Shown piece by piece: positions 36,325-44,634 of a DNA stretch of 48,273 nucleotides. The stretch is from Parcubacteria group bacterium GW2011_GWA2_47_7 (GTDB lineage Bacteria > Patescibacteriota > Minisyncoccia > Phycocordibacterales > UBA6899), in the NCBI GenBank assembly GCA_000999395.1, contig LCOM01000001.1, positions 1-48,273 of the forward strand, written 5' to 3'. Within the stretch, counting starts at the first letter, position 1. Each line of letters opens with the position of its first letter. The translations under genes and the position numbers were made by a program. Under the pieces are notes generated by a model. It had not been told where the DNA came from and did no database searches. It worked only from the letters and a program-made list of their open reading frames with translations.

Positions 36325-37989
36325 CAATGTAGGACAAACCGAGTTGAAAAGCTCGGTTTTGTCTTTCTCTGCCTCGTAATATCTAGGTTCGAACGCTGGA
36401 TAGGTTGCCTTAGCTTCGGCAAGTGCGTCAATAAGCTTCTGAAAAGGTTCCGCGTTGATAACGTTGAGTTTTTCTTCATCCCAGATTAGGTTCGATTGCA
36501 AGCGAGACAATACCGCTCTCTTTGCCTTTGTCTCACCCCTTCGTATTACTTCAGCAGCAGCCAAGGTGAGGTCGGCCATATCATTTGCCTGTGCCAACCA
36601 ATCCACTGCAACAGGAGCTTGGGATATGCTTTTTAGTTCCTGCTCTATTTCCTGAACATCCTTTTGATACTCATCAGGAGTAACAAGATTTTCAGCCAAC
36701 ATTTCACGGTAGCGTTTCTTCTTGCTTTCAAGGTTTGCCTTTCGCATATTTTGAGAACGCACCGCTTCAAGGTTTTGCTGTAGCTCCTTGTCACTCAGCT
36801 CGTGCAAATACTTCTTGCTCCACTCAACCAACCCAGGAGAAAGCTGTAAGTTTTTTTCAATATAGGTGGCGAGAAATTCATCAACCCTCTTTTCTTCAAT
36901 ATGCCTAGTTCTTTGTTTGGCCTTATGACGAGGAATATTGTAGTAGTAAGTGTAATTAAGATATTTGGGATTCTGAATTTTACCGAGAGCTTTTCCACAC
37001 TTGGGGCAAGCATCCTTGTTCAGATATGCAAATTTCTGTTTACACTCACAGATAAGCTGAAAATGTAAACTCTGCCCAATAAACTCTTTGTAGGGCGAAA
37101 CCATGTAACCAGAATACGTGGCAGTAAAATGCTCAGAGCGTGGTACATTTTTCCCCGACATCATTCTTAAAATCTTGAGATGTTCTTCCTCAGTAATGAT
37201 GCGTGGCATTGAAGGATGAAGCTCGTACCGCTTGCCACCCAAAAAGAAGAAGCCCGCATAGATGGGGTTCGCCAAAAGGTTGTATATCGCTGAACGGGCA
37301 ATAAGTTTGCCGCCCTGTCGCCTCCGCATGGGCGTAGTGAGCTTTAATTCTTCACGGGCAAAATAAGCGATTTGCGAGGCAGATATATTGCCATTCAGAT
37401 AGCGATAAAAAAGTTGCTGAACAAGCGGCCAACGCTCTGCATCAACCCTCCATTTTTTTGCACCCCTGTCCCCATCTTTCTCATTGAGGAAGCCTGTGAA
37501 CGCAACGCCATGTGGCCACCCCATCTGCGCTTTTGCTTCATGTCCACGCCTCACGCCTCGTTTTAAATCCACAACAAATTGACTTGGTGCGCCAAAGAGT
37601 ACGCCCAGAACAATTGCATTGTCGCCACTGTGATGTTCACCTGTCGAAGTGACGATGTGCCTTAGCTGCCCCTGTTGTAACAACCACTGCAGCAATCCAC
37701 CATCCATCGGATTACGCGAAAGACGGTCAAGTGCCCAACAAATTATTCCCTGTACCTCTCCGGTGGCAATGCGCCCCATCATTTCATTAAATTTCTCTCG
37801 TCCAGGGACACTCGCGCTTTTTGACTCTACTAGAACATCTACAACATTTAAGCCAAGCCTCTCTGCTCGCTCCAAGTTTTCTTTTCGCTGAGAGTCGAGT
37901 GAAAGAATTTGTCGGTTATCTTCCTCTGTGGATTTGCGACAGTAAACAACGTATTTTATTTTTTGGGCGACGACGGCTTTTGTTTTCAT
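36289..37989 (-). CDS. large serine recombinase (integrase)
   Basis: 'YVVYCRKSTEEDNRQILSLDSQ' catalytic Ser motif, recombinase domain, zinc ribbon 'CECKQKF..CPKCGK', coiled-coil region. The last 12 codons (..VGQDSNLRSP) are the reverse complement of the tRNA-Tyr T-arm. Start set at ATG 37989. Confidence 0.9.
   Translation of the reverse strand: MKTKAVVAQKIKYVVYCRKSTEEDNRQILSLDSQRKENLERAERLGLNVVDVLVESKSASVPGREKFNEMMGRIATGEVQGIICWALDRLSRNPMDGGLLQWLLQQGQLRHIVTSTGEHHSGDNAIVLGVLFGAPSQFVVDLKRGVRRGHEAKAQMGWPHGVAFTGFLNEKDGDRGAKKWRVDAERWPLVQQLFYRYLNGNISASQIAYFAREELKLTTPMRRRQGGKLIARSAIYNLLANPIYAGFFFLGGKRYELHPSMPRIITEEEHLKILRMMSGKNVPRSEHFTATYSGYMVSPYKEFIGQSLHFQLICECKQKFAYLNKDACPKCGKALGKIQNPKYLNYTYYYNIPRHKAKQRTRHIEEKRVDEFLATYIEKNLQLSPGLVEWSKKYLHELSDKELQQNLEAVRSQNMRKANLESKKKRYREMLAENLVTPDEYQKDVQEIEQELKSISQAPVAVDWLAQANDMADLTLAAAEVIRRGETKAKRAVLSRLQSNLIWDEEKLNVINAEPFQKLIDALAEAKATYPAFEPRYYEAEKDKTELFNSVCPTLCVGQDSNLRSP
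36333..36368 (+). terminator. tRNA-Tyr terminator, located inside the 3' end of the recombinase ORF on the other strand
   Basis: AACCGAG-TTGAAAAG-CTCGGTT, with flanking GACA/TGTC extension and a T-rich tail. Confidence 0.6.
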
Positions 37990-38500
37990 AAATTTATAAG
38001 CAAGAATGGGGCAACAACATTTACTCAATCGCCAGACCAAGTAGTTGCTACCCCATTGTTACTTATAAGTGAATTCACTTCTATCACTTGGTCTGGCATT
38101 TTTTATCCTACTCTCTTTGGGGGTACATTAAAAGTGTTTTCACTTTTTTGATAGGAATATCCCCCAAGCCTCTTTAAAAGAAACTTTGTGCAGATGATAT
38201 TTTGTCCGTTGTTTCTCGGTATCGTCTCAACTTTTCGCGGAGGCTTCCATGGCTATGAACATTGCTCTTGCGGAGTTGTTCAATCTGCGCCACCCCAGCC
38301 AACCGTAATCACTGCATCCCAAAAGTTATTTCGCACAAAACTAATGCAGTAGACGGGATACTTCTCCGATGAGGTTTCTCCCCCAGCTCACATTTAAATT
38401 CGGCATCCAAGAGGGGGCTGTGAGCTTCGCCTACCGTCCTCTCAGTATGGAGTTATTCCTAACCCTCATTTGGTCATGAATATTCACTAGCAAATTAAGG

Positions 38501-38665
38501 CTAACAACGTGTTTGCATTTTTATTTTTTGTGCCATTATTTCAAGTAAAAGTAGACCAATTTTTTCCAGCTCCTCATCTGAAAAAAGAGAGATGCGCTTC
38601 AAGCCAATTTCTTTCGCCAGAACGTCACGGAGTTCGCTAATTGATGCCGTACTCAAATTCTTCAT
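38501..38665 (-). CDS. small hypothetical protein (54 aa), not in the ORF track
   Basis: Hand translation: MKNLSTASISELRDVLAKEIGLKRISLFSDEELEKIGLLLLEIMAQKIKMQTRC. Its ATG overlaps the stop of the upstream gene as ATGA (38662-38665). Confidence 0.4.
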   Translation of the reverse strand: MKNLSTASISELRDVLAKEIGLKRISLFSDEELEKIGLLLLEIMAQKIKMQTRC

Positions 38666-39018
38666 ACGGAACGTTTCTGAACGAATTCAAGGCTCTTTTT
38701 TACCTCTCTTTGTACCTTTCCAGCACCCCTCAGGTCTTTCAAAAGCTGCTGCTTTTCAGGGAGCAGATAATCATCCTTGGAGACATTTTCGAAGTGTCGA
38801 ACAACGCTTCGGTCTGAAACCTCATGACCTGCTCCGCGAAGGGTGAGGATGATGCGCTTGTAGATTATGAAATCACCCAAGGCCGCCAAGTCTTTTCGTT
38901 TTCGAAGTATACGGAAAATCCTGCCCAACCCAGCGTTGTCACGCTCCTTCAGGGCAAGAATCTGCCCGTAGCTGTCTTGCGAGGGTGATAAATAAAAATC
39001 ATGACTTACTTTCGTCAT
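38662..39018 (-). CDS. hypothetical protein (118 aa)
   Basis: Track ORF on the same strand as the recombinase. No family recognised. Confidence 0.5.
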   Translation of the reverse strand: MTKVSHDFYLSPSQDSYGQILALKERDNAGLGRIFRILRKRKDLAALGDFIIYKRIILTLRGAGHEVSDRSVVRHFENVSKDDYLLPEKQQLLKDLRGAGKVQREVKKSLEFVQKRSV

Positions 39019-39068
39019 GACTTAATTTTATCAACAGAGTGATGTGCTTCCGTGACAGAATTATTTAC

Positions 39069-39890
39069 TCATTGTGTCCCACTTTCATGGCGACCAAAAC
39101 GCTTCTCCATCTCCTTGGCTCGTCTCTCAAGAGATTTGCGAACGGCTTCAGGCGAAGAAGATTTTTTCAGATTACGACCCTCAAGTGTTCCAGCAACTTC
39201 AGCAGATGTGAAAGACTCCTCAACAAGTTCAGGGTGTTCTTTGAGATACTTCTTTTTTGCCAACCTAAAAGCACTTGGGGAGAGAGTGGGCTCCAACTTA
39301 GTTAGGTAGTAGTCGTTGCCCGTCCTCTTGGCTCGCTTTCGAGAGTCTGCAAGTTTTTTTATTTCTTGGTCAACCAAAATATTCTCTACGGTCTTTTTTG
39401 ATATTTGAAAATTTTCAGATTCAGGAAAAGCCTCCTTTTGCCAAAGCTTCAACTCTTCAAAGGCAAGTTGGAGTTCGTTCTTATCAAGCTGTGCAAACGT
39501 GACAAGGTGCACTTCCCACGTCCTCTCCGTGGAGCCTTGTTGTAACGGATTCGGTTTAAATGAAAAGGAGTAATTGCTGTCTGGAATCTCTTCTTCAATC
39601 TCTTGCCCATAAACAAGATAGGAAAACAATACCTTGGTAAAGTTCTTTGGCAGGCGGTATTTTTCCAAGAGAGTAATAATTTTGGGATGAACAAGTTCAT
39701 CCACTGAAATACCTTCTTCGAGCGTGGCATCCTCGCCAAGCGGTAAGGTCAGTTTACATACCCTACGCACCTCAAGGCGTATGTCCCCAATATCTTGTTG
39801 AAAAGGCTGGTACTCACAAAGAAGTTTGAAAGTAGCCCAGTTTCTGCCACGGACTTTTGATTTGATTTGTCTTGCGCGAGCCTTATTCAT
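39069..39890 (-). CDS. hypothetical protein (273 aa), charged/helical C-terminus
   Basis: Track ORF, first gene of the leftward island module. No family recognised. Confidence 0.55.
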   Translation of the reverse strand: MNKARARQIKSKVRGRNWATFKLLCEYQPFQQDIGDIRLEVRRVCKLTLPLGEDATLEEGISVDELVHPKIITLLEKYRLPKNFTKVLFSYLVYGQEIEEEIPDSNYSFSFKPNPLQQGSTERTWEVHLVTFAQLDKNELQLAFEELKLWQKEAFPESENFQISKKTVENILVDQEIKKLADSRKRAKRTGNDYYLTKLEPTLSPSAFRLAKKKYLKEHPELVEESFTSAEVAGTLEGRNLKKSSSPEAVRKSLERRAKEMEKRFGRHESGTQ

Positions 39891-40158
39891 TCAACCACTG
39901 TAATACATTATGTTCTTTTGTTGCAAACAAATTTTCGGATGGGTAATTAACCTCAAATGCGAATTGATTGGGGCACACCCGCCCCCCCCAGGCGATGTAA
40001 AATCTTTTGTCGGCATGTCTCGGCGCATGATTATATACTTTCAAAATCTTTTTTATGTCCACAGGAGAGCAAACCCGTTATTTAAAGCCACATTTACTTT
40101 CACTACTCCATCATATAAACTGCTAATTACAATTGAATAGGTGCCTAAACTGCCCATA

Positions 40159-40179
40159 TATACGTATTACGGTATTACG
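40159..40179 (+). promoter_or_regulatory. candidate operator: palindrome ATACGTAT overlapping tandem direct repeat GTATTACG-GTATTACG
   Basis: Read directly at 40159-40166 and 40164-40179, in the divergent intergenic region of the island. Confidence 0.25.
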
Positions 40180-40204
40180 TTGTGTGCGCAGCATGGCAAA
40201 AAGT

Positions 40205-40246
40205 CGAGTTAAGCATAAAAACCCCATCATAGGGTCGCTTAACTCG
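40205..40246 (+). other. 10-bp inverted repeat stem-loop in the operon leader
   Basis: CGAGTTAAGC (40205-40214) / GCTTAACTCG (40237-40246), with an inner ACCC..GGGT pairing. Followed by the GAGCC-CTCG-GGCTC hairpin at about 40268-40285. Confidence 0.35.
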
Positions 40247-40340
40247 CCATACAGGGAAACTTGTATGAGAGCCCTCGGGCTCTACCTGTGGTGGGATTTT
40301 TGTGTCTCGTTACAGGCTTACGAGCTAAACCATTACAAAT

Positions 40341-40580
40341 ATGTTTTTTAAGCAATGGGAGGGGTCTGTAGTTACAAATACTAAAAGCGTGAAGATGCAG
40401 TGTCCTCATTGCGGCAACGAATCAGAACACCGCGCCTGCATAGACCATAAGTTTGGCGTGGGGATAATTTTTATGAAGACACCGCTTCTTTCAGTAAAAA
40501 AATACTATCTTGTTTGCCCAATATGTATGAACGCAACACAAGAGTTGAGCAAGGAGCAGGTTAACGCCTTAAAGCAATAG
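40341..40580 (+). CDS. small zinc-ribbon protein (zinc_ribbon_15-like), paralogue 1
   Basis: Starts MFF. 'CPHCGN' ... 'KKYYLVCPICMN'. Confidence 0.65.
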   Translation: MFFKQWEGSVVTNTKSVKMQCPHCGNESEHRACIDHKFGVGIIFMKTPLLSVKKYYLVCPICMNATQELSKEQVNALKQ

Positions 40581-40581
40581 T

Positions 40582-41067
40582 ATGTTCTTCCTTGCTGGGC
40601 TAGGGAGTAATGCTAAAAGAATCGGAAATGCGGGTTTTCAAAAATGTCCCAACTGTAACAACTGGAAGCCACAGGGTGTATACGAAATCTCAAAACAGGC
40701 CACGGCATTTTTTGTTCCCATTGCAAAATGGAGTAAGGAATATTATGTAATTTGTCCCATCTGCCAAGCTGGCTTACCCGTTAAGGAGGGAAAGTTAAAT
40801 GAATTGCTTCAGAAAAGTATTACTCTCCCTGATGACAATAAAGCTACTGAAATTTGGAATGACATTGACTCCGTCACCGTTGCTAATCTTGTTGAAATTT
40901 TGAAAACCACAGGAGGAACAAGCGGAGACAATCACGCAGCTCTCGCTATTTTGATGCAGACAATACAGAAAGAAATTGCAAGTAAGTACACCAAAGAGTA
41001 CTTTGAGCCAACACTCGCGTCATACATACGTAGCATGGCTGATGTAATGGAGATAAAACTAACGTAA
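40582..41067 (+). CDS. zinc-ribbon protein (zinc_ribbon_15-like) with helical C-terminal extension, paralogue 2
   Basis: Starts MFFLAG. 'CPNCNN' ... 'FFVPIAKWSKEYYVICPICQAG'. ATG lies 1 nt after the previous stop. Confidence 0.7.
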   Translation: MFFLAGLGSNAKRIGNAGFQKCPNCNNWKPQGVYEISKQATAFFVPIAKWSKEYYVICPICQAGLPVKEGKLNELLQKSITLPDDNKATEIWNDIDSVTVANLVEILKTTGGTSGDNHAALAILMQTIQKEIASKYTKEYFEPTLASYIRSMADVMEIKLT

Positions 41068-41190
41068 TGAAATATCTAGGATACGGAGCAGTGGGGCTGG
41101 CAATTGTTTACTGGACACTCAGCACCGCTGCCTCAGAATGGTTCTGCGTGCTTTCTTTGGGCTTTTTCTGTGGAGGAGTATAATCCTGAA

Positions 41191-41937
41191 ATGGATTCAC
41201 AGTTGAAACCAGAGGATATTAATTTAACCTTTGCAGACTATTTTAATGTTTCGAAGGAAGCCCTGGAAAAAGAGGGTTTATTTAATGTTTCGCTCGTAGC
41301 CGACTTGCCAGTATTTATTGACCCGTTTCTCCTATTTCACAGCAAAAAACCTCGTTACCAAAAGCTTCACAAAGAGATTATTAAGTACCTATTAAACTTG
41401 AAGAGCAAAAGTGAGGAACTCCATTATCGCGTCTCGCCTGCATATCTCAAATATTATTTTTCCTTTCCTGAGATACCACAAAATTGGTTTGGATTCACTT
41501 TTATCGGCAACAAGGGGCATGGCCTCGGACTAAAGTTTGCAGGATTACTTAGCAGAAACTTTGATACCCTTTTTGATAATTTTGGCAAAGAGAAAGTCAC
41601 CCAGTCGAGCCACTTTGAAAAGCTTTGCTTGATTACCAAGGGGGTTGGGCGTGACACCATTAGTGATTTTTCAACTAATCTGACCAAGGGTTTTCTTCTT
41701 GAAGAGACAGAGCGTTTTGCCAAGAAATATATTCACAAGAAATACCTTGCAAAAATGTCAGTAGGTAGAATAGTGTTTAACTACAGAACTCAGGTTTGGG
41801 AGAGTAGGGTGTTTACCCTCCCAATTTTTCGTGGTGACTTTGTTATCCTTACACCAAAAGACCTGTTGACCAGAGATGAGGCGTGGATAAACAAGGGTGG
41901 TTATAAATGGGAAGGAAAAGTCCGTGCTTACGACTGA
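41191..41937 (+). CDS. N-terminal part of a split ~480-aa protein (unknown domain, 'ADLPVFIDPFLLFHSKKP')
   Basis: GGAGGA SD 13 nt upstream of ATG 41191. The frame ends at TGA 41935-41937, overlapping the next ORF by 41 nt. Confidence 0.55.
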   Translation: MDSQLKPEDINLTFADYFNVSKEALEKEGLFNVSLVADLPVFIDPFLLFHSKKPRYQKLHKEIIKYLLNLKSKSEELHYRVSPAYLKYYFSFPEIPQNWFGFTFIGNKGHGLGLKFAGLLSRNFDTLFDNFGKEKVTQSSHFEKLCLITKGVGRDTISDFSTNLTKGFLLEETERFAKKYIHKKYLAKMSVGRIVFNYRTQVWESRVFTLPIFRGDFVILTPKDLLTRDEAWINKGGYKWEGKVRAYD

Positions 41938-42619
41938 AAATCGACACAAAGCAATTGTCGAAACCACAGAAAAATTTCCTGTTGTTATTGAATACTATAT
42001 TCGAAGAAAGGAAGAAAAAGGTACTGAGGCGGCAAACATCAGCAAGGAAAAAGTGCACGAGGTCGAAAATATCCTTGAAACACAGTACAGAAACTTTTTA
42101 ACTGATTTTGCAAACCTTAGACTGCCCGCACTCAGTAATACTCACACGGAGACACTGAAAAGGGCGCAGCACATGAAACACTGGATTGAATTTCAGGATG
42201 GTTACAAAAACCTTTATTCGGGCGACACCCCAATGGATGAGGATTGGATTCAAAGATTATTTTGGCTTTGCTGGTACGGCTCCATAAGCGATGTTAACCG
42301 CGAAGTAGCGAATGGTCGTGGAAAAGTGGACTATACTATTTCTCAGGGGAAAAAAGACAAAACCTTAGCTGAATTTAAGTTGGCAAAAAGCCCTTCACTA
42401 AAAGACAATCTGCAAGAACAACTTGAGCTGTATAAAAAAGTAAACCAGACCGAAAAGGGAGTTTGGATTATCATTTTCTTCACCGCAGAGGAGGGGGCAC
42501 GAGCCAGGGCAATACTCAAAGAAGTTGGAATGGAAAACGCTGAAAACGTTGTGCTAATTGATGCAAGGAAAGACAACAAGCAACCAGCGTCGAAGTTGAA
42601 GGCTAAAAAGTTAACCTGA
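41897..42619 (+). CDS. PD-(D/E)xK nuclease-fold protein (C-terminal part of the split gene, or separate overlapping gene)
   Basis: 'EDWIQRLFWLCWYG', 'GRGKVDYTIS', 'TLAEFKLAKSP', 'QLELYKK' give an E ... D ... ExK ... Q/Y arrangement. Only a GTG start. The frame opens just after TAA 41888-41890. Confidence 0.55.
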   Translation: MVINGKEKSVLTTENRHKAIVETTEKFPVVIEYYIRRKEEKGTEAANISKEKVHEVENILETQYRNFLTDFANLRLPALSNTHTETLKRAQHMKHWIEFQDGYKNLYSGDTPMDEDWIQRLFWLCWYGSISDVNREVANGRGKVDYTISQGKKDKTLAEFKLAKSPSLKDNLQEQLELYKKVNQTEKGVWIIIFFTAEEGARARAILKEVGMENAENVVLIDARKDNKQPASKLKAKKLT

Positions 42620-43315
42620 GTGAGCAACACCAAAATGCTAAATGACAAGAAGCTTGAAAGGGTTGCGAAACTCTCATACGAAAACGCGTTACGTCTTCAT
42701 CGGGACGCAATATCACTCTACAAGCTGAAAAGCTTTCCATCGGCCTTCTATCTCTCAGTGCTATCTCAGGAAGAAATAGGAAAAATGCACATGTCTATTC
42801 GCTTTCTCACTCTTGACTGGGATTCGGATGTTGAAAGGAGGGAGTTTTTTTTAAAGCTAGATGAAACTCTGCTTTATGGACTCTACAAACATTCACTCAA
42901 GCACAGTGCCTTTCTTAGAAATTCCCCACTGGAGAAATTTTCAATGCATGGATGGAAAATGATGGAAAAGATTTCGAATGGTTCTTTGGAGACAAAAAAA
43001 CAAAACTCGGTTTACGTTGGGCTCAACAAGACGCGAGGAAAAATTAATTTAAATGGTGCAATAAGAAATCCTTTTAGTGTGACAAAGGGGCAAGCATCCT
43101 TACAGATTACGAAAATTAATGATTATTTGCTTGTTGTTGGGATTGGTATCAGGTTCGAAAATCTTGCCGTCGAGAATGAGTACGTAGAACAACGAATGAA
43201 GAACAGGGGCATGCTCCGCTCTTTAAATAAGAAGTGGAAACGCATGGGGCGGAAGGCTGCTAAGTTGATACGTCTTTATCAGCAATACTTTAATGAGGAG
43301 GTTCTTGCGCTATGA
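42620..43315 (+). CDS. AbiV-like (HEPN-superfamily) abortive-infection protein
   Basis: 'LSYENALRLHRDAISLYKLKSFPSAFYLSVLSQEEIGKMH' matches the AbiV N-terminal helix pair. GTG start abuts the previous TGA (alternative ATG at 42635). Confidence 0.6.
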   Translation: MSNTKMLNDKKLERVAKLSYENALRLHRDAISLYKLKSFPSAFYLSVLSQEEIGKMHMSIRFLTLDWDSDVERREFFLKLDETLLYGLYKHSLKHSAFLRNSPLEKFSMHGWKMMEKISNGSLETKKQNSVYVGLNKTRGKINLNGAIRNPFSVTKGQASLQITKINDYLLVVGIGIRFENLAVENEYVEQRMKNRGMLRSLNKKWKRMGRKAAKLIRLYQQYFNEEVLAL

Positions 43316-43370
43316 AGTCTCCAACACGGTTCCTCTTCGATGATTAAGTTTATCCCTGTATAATTTATCA

Positions 43371-44630
43371 ATGGGTTCATACGCATATCTAAAGTTTGGA
43401 GATTTTGAAATGATGGTCTCTAAGTCGCAAGTCGTGCCAGAAAGCATGGTTATTTTTCGTGAATCAGACAAAAGGGAATTTAAGGAAAAGTTTGATGATT
43501 CGGATTACTCAAGATACGTATACACCAACTCAGCAAAAATCATAAAGGAGAGGCTAGCAATAATGGGATATACCCTAAATAAAGCCAGGCGTACTTTTGA
43601 TGAAGAAAGGAAGGGCGCACTTCAGGAGCTGAAGGATAGATACGATGAGGACAAATGGTTGCCTTTGTTGGACCGAATCAAAATTCTTGAAACAGCTACT
43701 TTCAACAAATGGGTAAAAGCGTGTAAGTATATTAGTGTGAATAAACTTGAATTTGATTACTCCTACTCTGTACAAGCAAATGCTCCGAAGGGAGCATCTC
43801 CACTGGTGAAATATCTTCTTACTAATGACGATTATGGAAGCTTTGGTTTTCCAGGCTCAGATATATATGATGTTTTTAGAATCTTTCTTGAATTCATCCC
43901 AGATAATACGCCTATCACAATGGACATATCGGACTTAGTTAATGGTGGGTATTACGAATCAAATGAAAAGGTTTGTGACAACTTACTAAATTCGCTTACT
44001 TACAATTATCCCATCAATGAAAAAATAATTATTTTAACTGAAGGCTCTTCTGATAAACGCATCCTAGAATCTTCGTTGCCCCTCCTATTTCCTCATTTGG
44101 CGGGATACTATTCATTTATGAATTTTGAAGATTCCAATGCTGCAGGTGGTGCTGGTTATTTACTCTCGACTATCCGTGCATTTGCTGGGTCAGGAATAAC
44201 CAACCGTATAATTGCCATTTTTGATAATGATACGGCGGGAGGGGTAGCAATTCAGTCCCTGCGAAAAACAAAAATTCCAAGAAATATTAAAGTGATGCAA
44301 TACCCCAACATAAAAATTGCAAAGAAGTATCCGACACTGGGACCGTCTGGCGTTAAGCTCTTAGACATAAATGGCTTGGCATGCAGCCTGGAAATTTACT
44401 TGGGAAGAGACGTGCTTGAGAATACGGGTAAACTGAGACCCGTGCAGTGGAGAGGTTACGACAATACATTAAACCAATACCAGGGAGAGATAATCGGAAA
44501 GAATGAAATACAAGAAAAGTTTTCAAAAAAACTTTCTGTGTGCACCAAAAACCCAGCATTGCTGAAACAGAAAGACTGGGAAGACCTGTCCTCCCTCTTT
44601 GGCGCAATCTTCAAGGCATTCCAAGAGTAA
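43371..44630 (+). CDS. HEPN/Toprim-associated N-terminal domain + Toprim nuclease-like protein (no ATPase domain)
   Basis: N-terminus 'MGSYAYLKFGDFEMMVSKSQVVPESMVIFRESDK'. Toprim Glu 'IIILTEGSSDKRIL' and DxD 'IIAIFDNDTAGG'. Confidence 0.65.
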   Translation: MGSYAYLKFGDFEMMVSKSQVVPESMVIFRESDKREFKEKFDDSDYSRYVYTNSAKIIKERLAIMGYTLNKARRTFDEERKGALQELKDRYDEDKWLPLLDRIKILETATFNKWVKACKYISVNKLEFDYSYSVQANAPKGASPLVKYLLTNDDYGSFGFPGSDIYDVFRIFLEFIPDNTPITMDISDLVNGGYYESNEKVCDNLLNSLTYNYPINEKIIILTEGSSDKRILESSLPLLFPHLAGYYSFMNFEDSNAAGGAGYLLSTIRAFAGSGITNRIIAIFDNDTAGGVAIQSLRKTKIPRNIKVMQYPNIKIAKKYPTLGPSGVKLLDINGLACSLEIYLGRDVLENTGKLRPVQWRGYDNTLNQYQGEIIGKNEIQEKFSKKLSVCTKNPALLKQKDWEDLSSLFGAIFKAFQE

Positions 44631-44634
44631 AGAA

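Noticed and set aside
39910-40351. ORFs 39910..40140 (76 aa) and 40133..40351 (72 aa) in the island control region
   Set aside because: They have no SD and an odd composition (CC, PPPP, Cys-rich). They overlap the inverted repeats and hairpins, and one overlaps the start of the first Zn-ribbon gene.
41888-41937. Programmed +1 ribosomal frameshift joining the two nuclease ORFs
   Set aside because: There is no prfB-like CUU-UGA context, no slippery run at the frame-1 stop (..TAC GAC TGA A..) and no upstream SD-like stimulator. An indel or genuine overlap is simpler.
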